Source: a virus | Taxonomy: Duplodnaviria; Caudoviricetes | Direction: 5' to 3' (one strand) | Virus record (IMG/VR): IMGVR_UViG_3300037424_001022 | Location: 1 to 38,819 of that record | Length of the DNA: 38,819 bases | Shown: piece by piece, positions 1 to 9,920 of the stretch | Layout: the number at the start of each line of letters is the position of its first letter | How positions within the stretch are numbered: the stretch's first letter is position 1 | Position numbers and translations under genes: made by a program | Notes under the pieces: generated by a model | Seen by the model: only the letters and a program-made list of their open reading frames with translations | Database searches by the model: none | What the model was told of the DNA's origin: nothing

Positions 1-2
1 CA

Positions 3-1709
3 AAAGCTTATGTATTTGCAATAATCGGTAGAATTGGATGGTTGAAACAAGAACATACATATCGGTATGATGATGAGGGAATGGTTGATATTCGATTCTA
101 CAATAAGTTTTTGAAATTTGATCCGAATACTTCCGATAGAAGATTTGAAACCTGCCAATATATTTCTGATGAAGCATGGCTTACTCCCGAAGAACTGGTA
201 ACAACCTATGCCTATAATCAGCCGGAACTTGCGGGTTTAATCTATGAAAGGTCAAGAGCAATACTCGGAAGTGATGAAAAAAGCAGGAAGATGTTAGCAC
301 GTTGGGCCGAAAGAATGTTGAATATGGTAGTTAAGTATGGTGGAGAAGTCAGAGGATATGATGCTGATAAGCTGGCATTTGATATAAAAGGAGATTTCCA
401 TAGTGAATCCGGTAGATTCAAGGCCATTGATTTTTATGAAAGACGACTATTCTCAACAATGAATGTTTACGACAGAGTTGAAGGATTTATGTATGATTTC
501 AGTGAAATCATCCGCGTAAAAGAAACCGGTGCTGATTGGTATGATAAAGATAAATTTCAATTAGCTTTAAGCCGGTTACGTGATACTGAGCCTTATATTG
601 ATGAGAAAACCGAAACCCGAATTCATCAAACATCAACTATTCCTGGTTTACAATTAAAAGCATTTGACAAGCTGCAGCAATTACAGAATAAGAACTTCAA
701 ATTTACTGCTATTATGTGCTATGACTGGCATCCTGATTATCTGCAGACAAAAAGTTTGATTGATGTTACCAAAGATCCGGTGAAGTCATACAATCATCGG
801 GATAATACGAATTTAACGTATTTGATGAGAAGTGCGTTAGGTGGTGCTTACATTGAAAAGAAATATACCAAGGGCTTTGAGAATCAAATCAATTCAACCA
901 AAATTGGTGGAATGACTGTAGTTGGTGATGGTGCAATCCGGAATAAAGGAATAATGGAAAAGGGAATTCCACCTGTAAACGCTGCTATTGAACGATACCA
1001 GGCATTAAAGGCCAAGGAAGTAGAATTGATTTCAGGACTTCCACCTGCATCCAGGGGACTTGCTGAATTCAGTGGTGAATCAGGTAAGCATTATCATGAG
1101 AAAGTGCAACAATCGGATGTTATGCAGGAGTGGGCAAATGAAAATGCTCAGGCAGCAATGCAACAAATTTCAAAGAATAATATTTACTACGTTCAGAATT
1201 TCTTCACCGAGGAAAGAGTATTTAAGATTACTTTCAATCGGAATGAGCCTTATTGGTTGGCGATAAACAAACAGATTGCCGGTGAAGTGCTGAATAATAC
1301 TCAGATTGGTAAATATGATGTTATTTTAAGTAAGATGCCAGTAGGCAGGATTGCAAAGGAAATACGAAAGAATAGAATGGTTGAAATGATTTCCTTATTA
1401 TCTCAGCTTGATCCAAGGTATGTTGATCCGAAAGAAATTGTTGAAATCTACGAACCTGAGAATAAAGAGAACTGGTTATTGAGAATTGAAATGATTGAAG
1501 GCCAAATGGCAAAGGAAATCCAACTGCAGGCAGCGATGCAACAAATGCAGGGAGTTCAAAACTTCCAACAAATGCTGCAGCAAAATGTAGCCGGAAGAAT
1601 TGATAACCAGGGTAAACTATTGAATATCCGAAACCAGGAAAAGGATATTGGAGTAAAATCAGTGGTTCACGATAAACTACTTTCTGCAGGTGGAGGCGAT
1701 GAACTTTAA
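3..1709 (+). CDS. Portal protein (P22-like), 5' truncated
   Basis: The frame is open from the window start (KAYVFAIIGRIGWLKQEH...), so the TTG at 42 is not the true start. Portal-like features include 'ISGLPPASRG..ESGK', 'FFTEERVFKIT', 'GKYDVIL' and a Gln-rich C-terminal helix. It lies upstream of scaffold and capsid. Confidence 0.8.
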   Translation, partial: KAYVFAIIGRIGWLKQEHTYRYDDEGMVDIRFYNKFLKFDPNTSDRRFETCQYISDEAWLTPEELVTTYAYNQPELAGLIYERSRAILGSDEKSRKMLARWAERMLNMVVKYGGEVRGYDADKLAFDIKGDFHSESGRFKAIDFYERRLFSTMNVYDRVEGFMYDFSEIIRVKETGADWYDKDKFQLALSRLRDTEPYIDEKTETRIHQTSTIPGLQLKAFDKLQQLQNKNFKFTAIMCYDWHPDYLQTKSLIDVTKDPVKSYNHRDNTNLTYLMRSALGGAYIEKKYTKGFENQINSTKIGGMTVVGDGAIRNKGIMEKGIPPVNAAIERYQALKAKEVELISGLPPASRGLAEFSGESGKHYHEKVQQSDVMQEWANENAQAAMQQISKNNIYYVQNFFTEERVFKITFNRNEPYWLAINKQIAGEVLNNTQIGKYDVILSKMPVGRIAKEIRKNRMVEMISLLSQLDPRYVDPKEIVEIYEPENKENWLLRIEMIEGQMAKEIQLQAAMQQMQGVQNFQQMLQQNVAGRIDNQGKLLNIRNQEKDIGVKSVVHDKLLSAGGGDEL

Positions 1710-2013
1710 GGTTGTTACGAAAGTTGGTGCTGATTTACCTGCCTGGTATTTAGCACTGGCTTATGAGGTTTATGATACAAACAGGGCTGTATGGATTATG
1801 GTTCCGTTTCATGGGTTTGTTAAGGCAGGCAGATTCATTAAGCAAATATGGAATTATTACAGAAAAAGGCCAACGTGGTTTGATAAGCAAATGCAAGCTA
1901 TGTATCAGGATGGAATAAAAATGGGATATTTGCATAGAGTAAAAGAAGTTTCCAAATCACAGCGTGAATTGGATGATATAAGGCATAAATTAAAATTAGT
2001 TCATAAAAGTTAA
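1699..2013 (+). CDS. Hypothetical protein
   Basis: ORF overlapping the portal stop; start is ATG 1699 or GTG 1690. No recognisable motif. Confidence 0.6.
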   Translation: MNFKVVTKVGADLPAWYLALAYEVYDTNRAVWIMVPFHGFVKAGRFIKQIWNYYRKRPTWFDKQMQAMYQDGIKMGYLHRVKEVSKSQRELDDIRHKLKLVHKS

Positions 2014-2025
2014 GGGATTAAGGAA

Positions 2026-2433
2026 ATGAAACAATTATCAGCAATTTGTTTACTATTGATGGTTTTCTTTTCGGTTCAGGTATTCGGCCAGTGGGATTTT
2101 AAGAAAGTGTTAATTCCCGAAACTGCAGCCAGTGATTCGTTTAATACTCCTGGTGATAATGTTTATTTATCGGGTTTACAATTTCCCGATACTACAGGAA
2201 CCGGAATAGGAACATCATTAGATTCAATTTGGTTTTTGGTAAGTTCTAACCCTGCAGAGTTTGGTTGGGACACACTAAGCTACAATGATGTTGTTTATGC
2301 AATAAAAATTACAGGCAAAGCAATAACATTAAAGCTACCGGCAACATTTGCCTGGGAATGGTGGAAGATTTACTTTGAGGATGCTGTAAGCGATTCGGTT
2401 TACTTCTATCCACAATTTAACGATATGGATTAA
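2026..2433 (+). CDS. Small secreted-type beta-rich protein (signal peptide, Gln at +1)
   Basis: TAAGGA SD. N-terminus MKQLSAICLLLMVFFSVQVFG|QW; mature part is aromatic and beta-rich. Confidence 0.75.
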   Translation: MKQLSAICLLLMVFFSVQVFGQWDFKKVLIPETAASDSFNTPGDNVYLSGLQFPDTTGTGIGTSLDSIWFLVSSNPAEFGWDTLSYNDVVYAIKITGKAITLKLPATFAWEWWKIYFEDAVSDSVYFYPQFNDMD

Positions 2434-2471
2434 CAATTATTTTATTCACAATCAATTCAAGGAGAAACATA

Positions 2472-2957
2472 ATGAAAAGGCTATTCACACTCTCAGCTAT
2501 TTTCATATTATTCGCGGTTCTAAGTGTTTCAGCACAGTGGGGAACCAATACCAGCAGATTTGCTGATCAGTCAAAATTGGTGCTTTATTTTGCAGGAACG
2601 CTTGATACATTAGGTCAAACCTATGATTCGCTGAAATCAAACAGGTTTTCACTTGAGGACTATGATCAAAGCGGAACATATTTCAGTTTGAATTACATTT
2701 TTACCAGCACAGCCGGTTCACCGAATACGCTGATAGATTTGTATGGAACTGATGATGGAGGGACTACAAACTACTACATTGCACAGTTAAAAGATACTTC
2801 AACATCAGAAGCTTACACACCTGTAGCAACGAATTTATCAAACTACAGATTCAATGAATATTTTCTGATAATTGAGCAAGTAGCACCTGGCAGGGATGGC
2901 ACAACATTCAAAGCCTGGTTACATTCACCGCAAAAGGATCCGGCATTAAAGCCGTAA
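2472..2957 (+). CDS. Small secreted-type beta-sandwich protein (signal peptide, Gln at +1), possible head decoration
   Basis: AAGGAG SD. N-terminus MKRLFTLSAIFILFAVLSVSA|QW. 'IDLYGTDDGGTTNY' recalls the 'l.gS.DG..w' turn of small phage jelly-roll proteins. Confidence 0.75.
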   Translation: MKRLFTLSAIFILFAVLSVSAQWGTNTSRFADQSKLVLYFAGTLDTLGQTYDSLKSNRFSLEDYDQSGTYFSLNYIFTSTAGSPNTLIDLYGTDDGGTTNYYIAQLKDTSTSEAYTPVATNLSNYRFNEYFLIIEQVAPGRDGTTFKAWLHSPQKDPALKP

Positions 2958-2991
2958 CTATTTTTTAATTTATTAACAAAGGATAGAACCA

Positions 2992-4299
2992 ATGTTAAAG
3001 TATTTTTATGAACTTCTCCCTTTATGGGATAAAGAGGCTGGTGGATCAGGTAGTTCTGATGAAGCCAGCAAGGATGAAAAAGACAAAGAATCAGGTAGTG
3101 CTGATGATAAGTCTCAGGCATCCGGCAGTGATGAACTTGCTGAGATCGAAAAACGATTAGAAGCAAACAGGGCTGCTATTCTTAGTGATTCTAAGGAATT
3201 GAATCAGGGTAGTTCCGAATCAAAACCTGGTGAATCGAGTGCTGCAACCAAACCTGGTGAATCGGGTAGTTCCGATATAAAGGGTAAAATGGTTGAAATA
3301 AATGATGAGTTCATTTCCAAGGCAAAAGAAAACAAGGATTTTGAAGGACTTGAACCCGACCTGGTAACAAAAGCTTTGACAGAAATGAAGGGTGAACCAT
3401 TCACCCCGAAAGGACTAAAAAGCTATGTTCACAGTCAGGTTGCATTGTTAAAAGCAAAATCCGGTGGTGATAATGGTAAAGCTGCTACAGAAACAAAGGA
3501 AACGATTGAGACTGATGGTGATGAGAATATTGATTACAGTGAAAGATTCGATGCAAACTATGGTAAACTGACGAAGGATGAAAAGCAGAATGTTGAACAG
3601 GCAAAATCTAAGGCCATTTATGCAAACCTGAAAGAAAAATATCCCGAATTAAAACCGGAAGATTTAACTAACAGGGATTCATTGAATGATTTTATTTCAA
3701 GCCTGGCAATCAGCAAACCATTAGATGCTGATGATTTTAAGGCCGATTATGCCGATGCAGTTAAGCTTATCAGCAAATCAGTTGATGAGTATGTAGATAG
3801 AACTATGAATTGGGCCGAGTATATGAGGAATGAAGCAAAGGCAGAGTTAAAGAAGTTTGAAGGCTACCTATCCAAACGTGGATTGAAACTTAGTGATATG
3901 ACGGAAGGAGAGGAAATCAATGAAGCTTTCATCATCAAAAACATATTGACCGGCAGTGATAAGAACTTAAAGGCTGACTTAATCAATTACTATAAGGGTA
4001 ATGAAGCAATTCCAATGCTGAATAGAGATAAGTTTTACCAGTCGTTAATCGAACACTTTGACGACAGAGTAATTTCTTTGACTAAACAGGGTGGAATTAA
4101 CAATTATCTGCAAACCAGGAAAGAAAGAGACGGCCATCCATCACTGAGTAATTCATCGGCAGGAGGCAGGGAGAATAAGGATGGAACGACAAAAACCCTG
4201 ATTCCAAACGAAACCATTGATGTTGAGGAAATGGACAAAATCTTGGAAGAAAATAGGAAAGCCATAATACTGGATAGCAAAGGCCATCCATACGGCTAA
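2992..4299 (+). CDS. Capsid scaffolding protein
   Basis: Lies immediately upstream of the capsid gene. Acidic, low-complexity Gly/Ser/Asp N-terminus, helical body and flexible C-terminus. Confidence 0.7.
   Translation: MLKYFYELLPLWDKEAGGSGSSDEASKDEKDKESGSADDKSQASGSDELAEIEKRLEANRAAILSDSKELNQGSSESKPGESSAATKPGESGSSDIKGKMVEINDEFISKAKENKDFEGLEPDLVTKALTEMKGEPFTPKGLKSYVHSQVALLKAKSGGDNGKAATETKETIETDGDENIDYSERFDANYGKLTKDEKQNVEQAKSKAIYANLKEKYPELKPEDLTNRDSLNDFISSLAISKPLDADDFKADYADAVKLISKSVDEYVDRTMNWAEYMRNEAKAELKKFEGYLSKRGLKLSDMTEGEEINEAFIIKNILTGSDKNLKADLINYYKGNEAIPMLNRDKFYQSLIEHFDDRVISLTKQGGINNYLQTRKERDGHPSLSNSSAGGRENKDGTTKTLIPNETIDVEEMDKILEENRKAIILDSKGHPYG
3207..3275 (+). repeat. Short in-frame direct repeats in scaffold linker
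   Basis: AAACCTGGTGAATCG at 3223-3237 and 3250-3264; GGGTAGTTCCGA at 3207-3218 and 3264-3275 (encoding KPGES twice). Confidence 0.8.
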
Positions 4300-4332
4300 T
4301 TTTTAACAATTTTTTTTAAGGAGTTTTGTCCG

Positions 4333-5748
4333 ATGAGATACAGTGTAATTTTCAAAATACTAGCACTTTGTCTCTTTGCTGTAATATACGCTACCTACAA
4401 TGTTCAACCCGAAACAGGTGTAACCTTGGCTGTAATATCAGGAGGTTATTTGAACCCTAATGTTCAGTTATTCAGAGAAAACCTGGGAACGAAGGTTGGG
4501 TATGAAGTATGGTGGAGATCAAAGCTATCGAAATTTATTTCGTTCATTGATCATGTAAAATACAAAGAAACAGGTGTTTTCTCAGGTATGAAGGGTTCAC
4601 TCCCACCCGAATCGGGAGTAGTTCACGTGGTTAGAGATTTCACCCAAAAGGGTGGTGTAAATTTTGAAATGCCAATATTAAGACCGTTAACAGGTCAAGG
4701 GCGAATCGGAACTGCACCCCTATCCGGCCATGGTGAAAAGCGTAAATGGTTCACTCAAAAGCTGAAAATCAATTTAAGACGACATGCATTAGATGTTCGG
4801 GACAATGAAGTTTCCGAACAGATGATTGCACCGGAAATTGCAATGAAGCTTTTGGAACGTGGTGGCAACGATCTGAAAGACTGGTTCTCACGTTTACTTC
4901 CATTTGATATGTATTTCTCATTGTTACGCGGGTATAGTGAGAATATCACAGATGCAACATGGGGTAGGGGAGTATCAGCAAAAAGCCATCCGAACTCATA
5001 CGTTCAGGGATATGCAACAAATAACGGTAAGGTTCCATGGAGTACTGCCTATACCTTTGATGCTGCTTTTGAGACTAATTATGCTACAGCACTTGCATCA
5101 CTCAGTGATACAAGCAGCAAGCATTTCAAGGCTCAGAGTATCAAAAATATGGTATGGTTAGCCAGGAAACACAGAATACAGCCGATAGTTGTAAAGGGAT
5201 ATGAAGTATTCCTGATCTTCACACATTCAGCCCAAATGCGACAGTTGAGAATGGATTCCGAGTGGACACAGGCACAGCGGGAAGCTGGCCCAAGGAACTA
5301 CTCAGAGAATCAAATTTTCACTGGTGTAAGTGAGGGTTATTTGTTTGAAGGTGCATATATTTGTATTGATGATACAATTCCGGCTGCAAGGGTTAGTGGA
5401 GACACAGATACCACAATATTCGGAACTGCTTATAATTCAAGCTACGGCACTGTTAATTACGGAATTACCAATTATATGGACAATCCACGTGATCAATCAC
5501 CGAGGAAAGCTGCCATATTACTTGGTGCAGGTGCAGTTTTAGCTGCAAATGTAAATGGATTCAAATTAACAACCGAGGTTTTGGATCATGGTCAGAAGAT
5601 CGAAGATGGCGGGACTATGTTCTACGGCTTTGCAAGAACGGATTTGATTGATGATGATAACTTATTAGGCAACGGTGCAGACAAGTTTTATGACAATACA
5701 TCAAGTTTGGTGTATTGGACTTGGAGTCCTGATAATATCCAGGTTTAA
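4333..5748 (+). CDS. Major capsid protein, N4-gp56/DUF4043-like (HK97 fold), with hydrophobic N-terminal extension
   Basis: TAAGGAG SD. Motifs 'RDFTQKGG..FEMPILRPLTGQG..G...LSG.GE', 'LKINLRRHA', 'HSAQMRQLR.D.EW..AQ.EAG.R...NQIFTG' and 'AILLGAGA' match my recollection of DUF4043 capsids. Confidence 0.85.
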   Translation: MRYSVIFKILALCLFAVIYATYNVQPETGVTLAVISGGYLNPNVQLFRENLGTKVGYEVWWRSKLSKFISFIDHVKYKETGVFSGMKGSLPPESGVVHVVRDFTQKGGVNFEMPILRPLTGQGRIGTAPLSGHGEKRKWFTQKLKINLRRHALDVRDNEVSEQMIAPEIAMKLLERGGNDLKDWFSRLLPFDMYFSLLRGYSENITDATWGRGVSAKSHPNSYVQGYATNNGKVPWSTAYTFDAAFETNYATALASLSDTSSKHFKAQSIKNMVWLARKHRIQPIVVKGYEVFLIFTHSAQMRQLRMDSEWTQAQREAGPRNYSENQIFTGVSEGYLFEGAYICIDDTIPAARVSGDTDTTIFGTAYNSSYGTVNYGITNYMDNPRDQSPRKAAILLGAGAVLAANVNGFKLTTEVLDHGQKIEDGGTMFYGFARTDLIDDDNLLGNGADKFYDNTSSLVYWTWSPDNIQV

Positions 5749-5800
5749 TTGAATCTATCTAATTAACTGATTTATTAACAAGAGTTAAGGAAAAATAGCA

Positions 5801-6079
5801 ATGTTTAGCAAAAAATGCTTAATCCATAACGAGAATCAGGGCTGGATGGATAGATTTGAAATAACCGCTGGTTATGCAGATCTTGAACTCCAGGTGCTTG
5901 GTGCAAACGGTAACACTCAGGTTATCGGTTTTTACAATGGTTCAAGTGGTTGGACTATTGCGAATTATGCTAACCTTCCGAAGGGAACCATAGTTTTCAA
6001 TAATCAGGATCACAAAACCTATGAAAAGACCGGTGCTGTAGGAGTTGATACCTGGGTTGCATCGGCAGCACGTTCATAA
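5801..6079 (+). CDS. Small virion accessory/head decoration protein (putative)
   Basis: TAAGGA SD; directly after the capsid gene. 'NLPKGTIVFN....TYEKTG....W' resembles short phage fibre/decoration repeats. Confidence 0.55.
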   Translation: MFSKKCLIHNENQGWMDRFEITAGYADLELQVLGANGNTQVIGFYNGSSGWTIANYANLPKGTIVFNNQDHKTYEKTGAVGVDTWVASAARS

Positions 6080-6101
6080 TTGATTCTTGGTATAATTCAT
6101 A

Positions 6102-6130
6102 GCCTGGCCCGAAACGGCCAGGCATTTATA
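6102..6130 (+). terminator. GC-rich hairpin after capsid genes (probable weak intrinsic terminator or stabiliser)
   Basis: GCCTGGCC-cgaaac-GGCCAGGC (6102-6123), an 8-bp perfect intergenic stem followed by ATTTATA (poor U-tract). Confidence 0.6.
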
Positions 6131-6153
6131 AAACAAATTTGGAGGAACTAACA

Positions 6154-6501
6154 ATGGAAACAACACGCAAAGGAACGGTAGTAATACTTGAAAGAGGGAA
6201 AGAGATTGAAGTAAACAAAGATTTTGCAGAAGCACTTGTAAAGGGTGATCCTGATAATTATGCTTTTCCTGGTAAGGAATCAAAGCCAAAACCAGAACCG
6301 AAACCAAAAGATACTGGTGGCAAGCCTGAAAAACCGGTTAAAGAAGAAAAGCATTTGACCGATGGTAAATTAACGAAAGAAGATTTGGAAGCATTAAAAC
6401 GACCTGACTTAATTGCACTTGCAAAGAAGGTTGAAGTTGATGCAACTGGTAAAAATGCTGCGATTGTAGAAAGAATTTGGGAAAAAGTTCAGGGTAAGTA
6501 A
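6154..6501 (+). CDS. Protein with C-terminal HeH/SAP/Rho-N-like helical domain
   Basis: GGAGG at 6141 precedes ATG 6154. A Pro/Lys linker leads to 'LTKEDLEALKRPDLIALAKKVEVDATGKNAAIVERI', a domain type common after phage capsid genes. Confidence 0.75.
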   Translation: METTRKGTVVILERGKEIEVNKDFAEALVKGDPDNYAFPGKESKPKPEPKPKDTGGKPEKPVKEEKHLTDGKLTKEDLEALKRPDLIALAKKVEVDATGKNAAIVERIWEKVQGK

Positions 6502-6533
6502 GCCCTGTTATCAACAAATAATCGAGGAATAAA

Positions 6534-7100
6534 ATGAGTTATTCTAAACTCAGCAGAATAACGCTTGCAGAATTCAAACGTATCTTGAATACTGATGAGG
6601 TTTTTGCAAGCCTTTCGGATGCCGATAAAATGGCATTTATTAACGATGCTACTAATAAGCTGGCAAGTTTCCGTAATGAATTAGGCAGAGAGGAATTCAG
6701 TGCTGATACGTTAGGTGCTGGAATTATAATTGTTCCAGGTTACGGAAATGTGTTAGTGTGTGCTGATGGACAGGTATTGAAAGATGTTCAGGCAACCATT
6801 ACAGATGCTTCGGCTGGCAATCGGTATAGTATTCTATTCTATCCAGGTGCGACTATTGGATCAGGCTTTGCATTTGCTGAATTTATATCAGTAATATTTA
6901 TGGCTGATTCTGCACAGGACTTAGATTTTGAGGGTGCTGATTTTACGGATAACTTGAGTTCTATGTATGGTGCGATAGTTCATGGTGCAGATTTCACCGG
7001 CTGCACAATCCCGATTTCACTGGCAGACTTCAAAAATATACTTGGAGGTTGGGATCCTGTAACTACTTTATGGACTAATGGCAGTCCATTTGGAGCCTGA
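6534..7100 (+). CDS. Hypothetical virion protein (adaptor-like N-terminus, short pentapeptide-like C-terminus)
   Basis: GAGG SD. 'ITLAEFKRIL...SDADKMAFINDA' resembles adaptor N-terminal helices; 'ADFTD...GADFTGC' is pentapeptide-like. Confidence 0.5.
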   Translation: MSYSKLSRITLAEFKRILNTDEVFASLSDADKMAFINDATNKLASFRNELGREEFSADTLGAGIIIVPGYGNVLVCADGQVLKDVQATITDASAGNRYSILFYPGATIGSGFAFAEFISVIFMADSAQDLDFEGADFTDNLSSMYGAIVHGADFTGCTIPISLADFKNILGGWDPVTTLWTNGSPFGA

Positions 7101-7102
7101 TT

Positions 7103-9916
7103 ATGAAGAAACACGCATATTATTTGTGCATAATTGTAACCCTTTTTTGTTTACAATTTGAAACAAATGCACAGATTTACAAAGCATTAGATTCATTAGG
7201 GAACAAAATATCTTACACTTATAATGTTAAAAGTTATGGTGCAGTAGGAGATTCGGTTACAAACGATTCTGCAGCAGTTTACAATACTATTTATGCTGCC
7301 GATGGAGGTGGAACCGTTGTTATCCCAAAAGGCCAATATAGGGTTGGTGAAATTATTTTGGAGGGATTATCCGATATAACTATAGAGGGTTCTGGAAAAG
7401 AAAGCATTATTGAGAATGGTGGAAATTATTTATCTGCTTTCAAACTAAAAAATTCTCACAATATTACTTTCCAAAATTTCACTATTCGTGGTGATTTTCT
7501 GACAATGCTGAACAATCACGATTCGCAAGCTGGTATTATTTGTGTGCAACCAGGAACTACGGATTCAGTTTCAAACATAGTAATCCAGAATATGTATTTC
7601 AACAATTTAGGTAGCGATGCTCTAGCATTTAACAGTAATGCAACTAATATAAAAATTATAAATAACACTTGGGAAGATGGATTGGGTTTTGTTCAACTAA
7701 TCGGAACTGTGGCAACGCCAGTGGATAATGTTTTGATTCAGGGGAACACAATTTTAGGTTCTGTAGTTTCCGAAAGGGGTGATCCTGGTAGTATAAGTGG
7801 TTCAGATGATATTATTGATATGTGGGGAACAATTAGAAATGTAAATATAGTTGACAATTATTTCGATGCCAGAAGGTTATCTACCGATACAACTTGTGTC
7901 AACCATGGAGTTTTAATTTTAGGGGTGGATAATCCGCTGATGGGTAGTTTTACAAACATCAATATAGAAAACAATACCTTTGTAAATTTCCATAATTCCA
8001 GGCAAACTCCATTTGGAAACACTTATTATACAGTTGGTGCTATTGAAGTAAACCATGCTAATTTTGGGGCCGACTCATCAGCAAGAGGAATTACGATTAG
8101 AAATAACAAATTATATGCAGAAAAAAGTAGAATGATTTTTCTTTCTTGTCCAATGAGTAGCGTGTTGGTTGAAGGGAATGATATTTACGGTGGTGCAACC
8201 GGAATATTTATTTTCGAGAATTTAGGTTACAAATCTGTTATGAAAACCATAAAAAATAACAATATTCAAGAGTTTACAGAAAGTGGAATTTATCTCCAAG
8301 CAAACAACACTTTGATAAAGAATAATATAATCAATATGGATTCGGTAGATATTGCAGGCGGTTATGGGATATTTGCAACTACATGTGATTCTAATTACAT
8401 CATTGGGAATTTAATTGAAGGAGGATCTGCCCTACACAGAGGACTATTCGTTGCTCAAAGTTCTTTTCTCTTTATCGAAAACAATATTTTTAGGAATATC
8501 CCAGGAACGGCAGTTGAATTTGGCACTTATATATCAACTGATAATATATCCTTCAAAAACAATATTTTTTCCAACAATGGAACAAATTTAGTGAATTCAA
8601 ATGTGCAAGATATATTTGCACTCTCGGAAGGTGTTACTGATGTTTATTATGCAGATAGATACTATACGGGTAACGATGGTTATTTGTCCGGTGATGATAA
8701 TGAGGTGTATTCTACGAATAAAGAAGGAAAAACCACAAAGATTACACACAATCTATCTACTAATTTACCTTATGATGTGGTTGACAATACTTCTTTTGCT
8801 CGGAATCAAGCTGATGGAATATTTAATTATTTCAGCAATGAAAATAAGGAACGACAGATTGGAATACTTTCTCCGGCAATAGATGATACGCTTTCTTGTT
8901 GGCTAAGAACAACTGGAAAAATAATAATAGATTCTATAAAGGCAGTTGCAGATGATTCTGTAAGAATTCAGGCATACTTTGGTAATGACAGCTTATTTTC
9001 AAATCCCGAACTGATAAACTTAGATACAACAATAATTACATTCGATGTTAATACAATACCGGCAGGGAGTAGAGTTCGATTATTTTTTACCTATATGGGT
9101 GATTCTGTTTTTGATTTTAGTGCTGTGCTTTACTATCATGACTTAGGTTCAGAAACCTTCTCAAAAAAATATCTTTTAGATACATATCTCCGAAGGGTAA
9201 CAGAGAATGGAGGTGTTATAGTTGATACTCAGGCAGTTGAAAGTTTTTATAATATGATGGTTGAAAATGGGATAATAGATTCAATAAAACACGCATCAGG
9301 AACAAGCTATGGTGTTAAATTTGATGCTGATAGCAATATAATAAAACTATTCGATTTGAGCATTTATAAAAATGATGTAGCACAAATAGATACAAATTAT
9401 TCACCTGATTTACGCTTATCCCAAATAAATGGTTATGGAACGGTTTCTTTTGACGGCACTAATGATTTTATGGATGTTCAAATTGAGAATCTTTCCCAAC
9501 CAGAAACTATGTTTTTAGTATGTAAAGCTGATACTTGGCAAGGATCAAGATTCTTTATTGATGGATATAATACGCAATCAGGTGGAATATCGATGTTAGG
9601 TTCATCACCTTTAATTGGAATATTTTCGGGCCTGATTTCAGATGGAGGCCAATCTATAAATATAGGCTCATTTGATTTATTAACCGCTACTTATGATGGT
9701 GCTAATTCTTCAATACAAGTAAATGATCTCGCTGCTGAATCGTGTTCTCTAGGTGTTGAAAATATGGACGGTTTAACATTAGGTAGAGTTGGTGGCACTT
9801 CGGCTTTGTTTGGAGACGTTGACTTATCAGAACAAATTATTGTTGATAACAATACAAGTGCAACACTTAGGACAGCAATTAAAAATTTCTTGAATAACAA
9901 ATATATAATCTATTAA
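7103..9916 (+). CDS. Tailspike-like right-handed beta-helix protein (pectate lyase-like) with C-terminal ConA/LamG-like domain and N-terminal signal peptide
   Basis: 'YNVKSYGAVGDSVTNDSAAV' and 'VVIPKGQY' entry motifs; many I.NN.I/I.GN.I rungs; C-terminal 'INGYGTVSFDGTNDFM'. Signal MKKHAYYLCIIVTLFCLQFETNA|QI. Confidence 0.85.
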   Translation: MKKHAYYLCIIVTLFCLQFETNAQIYKALDSLGNKISYTYNVKSYGAVGDSVTNDSAAVYNTIYAADGGGTVVIPKGQYRVGEIILEGLSDITIEGSGKESIIENGGNYLSAFKLKNSHNITFQNFTIRGDFLTMLNNHDSQAGIICVQPGTTDSVSNIVIQNMYFNNLGSDALAFNSNATNIKIINNTWEDGLGFVQLIGTVATPVDNVLIQGNTILGSVVSERGDPGSISGSDDIIDMWGTIRNVNIVDNYFDARRLSTDTTCVNHGVLILGVDNPLMGSFTNINIENNTFVNFHNSRQTPFGNTYYTVGAIEVNHANFGADSSARGITIRNNKLYAEKSRMIFLSCPMSSVLVEGNDIYGGATGIFIFENLGYKSVMKTIKNNNIQEFTESGIYLQANNTLIKNNIINMDSVDIAGGYGIFATTCDSNYIIGNLIEGGSALHRGLFVAQSSFLFIENNIFRNIPGTAVEFGTYISTDNISFKNNIFSNNGTNLVNSNVQDIFALSEGVTDVYYADRYYTGNDGYLSGDDNEVYSTNKEGKTTKITHNLSTNLPYDVVDNTSFARNQADGIFNYFSNENKERQIGILSPAIDDTLSCWLRTTGKIIIDSIKAVADDSVRIQAYFGNDSLFSNPELINLDTTIITFDVNTIPAGSRVRLFFTYMGDSVFDFSAVLYYHDLGSETFSKKYLLDTYLRRVTENGGVIVDTQAVESFYNMMVENGIIDSIKHASGTSYGVKFDADSNIIKLFDLSIYKNDVAQIDTNYSPDLRLSQINGYGTVSFDGTNDFMDVQIENLSQPETMFLVCKADTWQGSRFFIDGYNTQSGGISMLGSSPLIGIFSGLISDGGQSINIGSFDLLTATYDGANSSIQVNDLAAESCSLGVENMDGLTLGRVGGTSALFGDVDLSEQIIVDNNTSATLRTAIKNFLNNKYIIY

Positions 9917-9920
9917 AATT

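Noticed and set aside
5730-5800. Programmed frameshift or readthrough extending the capsid protein
   Set aside because: No slippery heptamer or downstream structure; stops follow within a few codons and the next gene has its own SD.
6088-6096. Extended -10 (TGGTATAAT) upstream of the hairpin
   Set aside because: It does not match the TAnnTTTG form of the other promoters and has no -35 at proper spacing; likely chance in AT-rich DNA.
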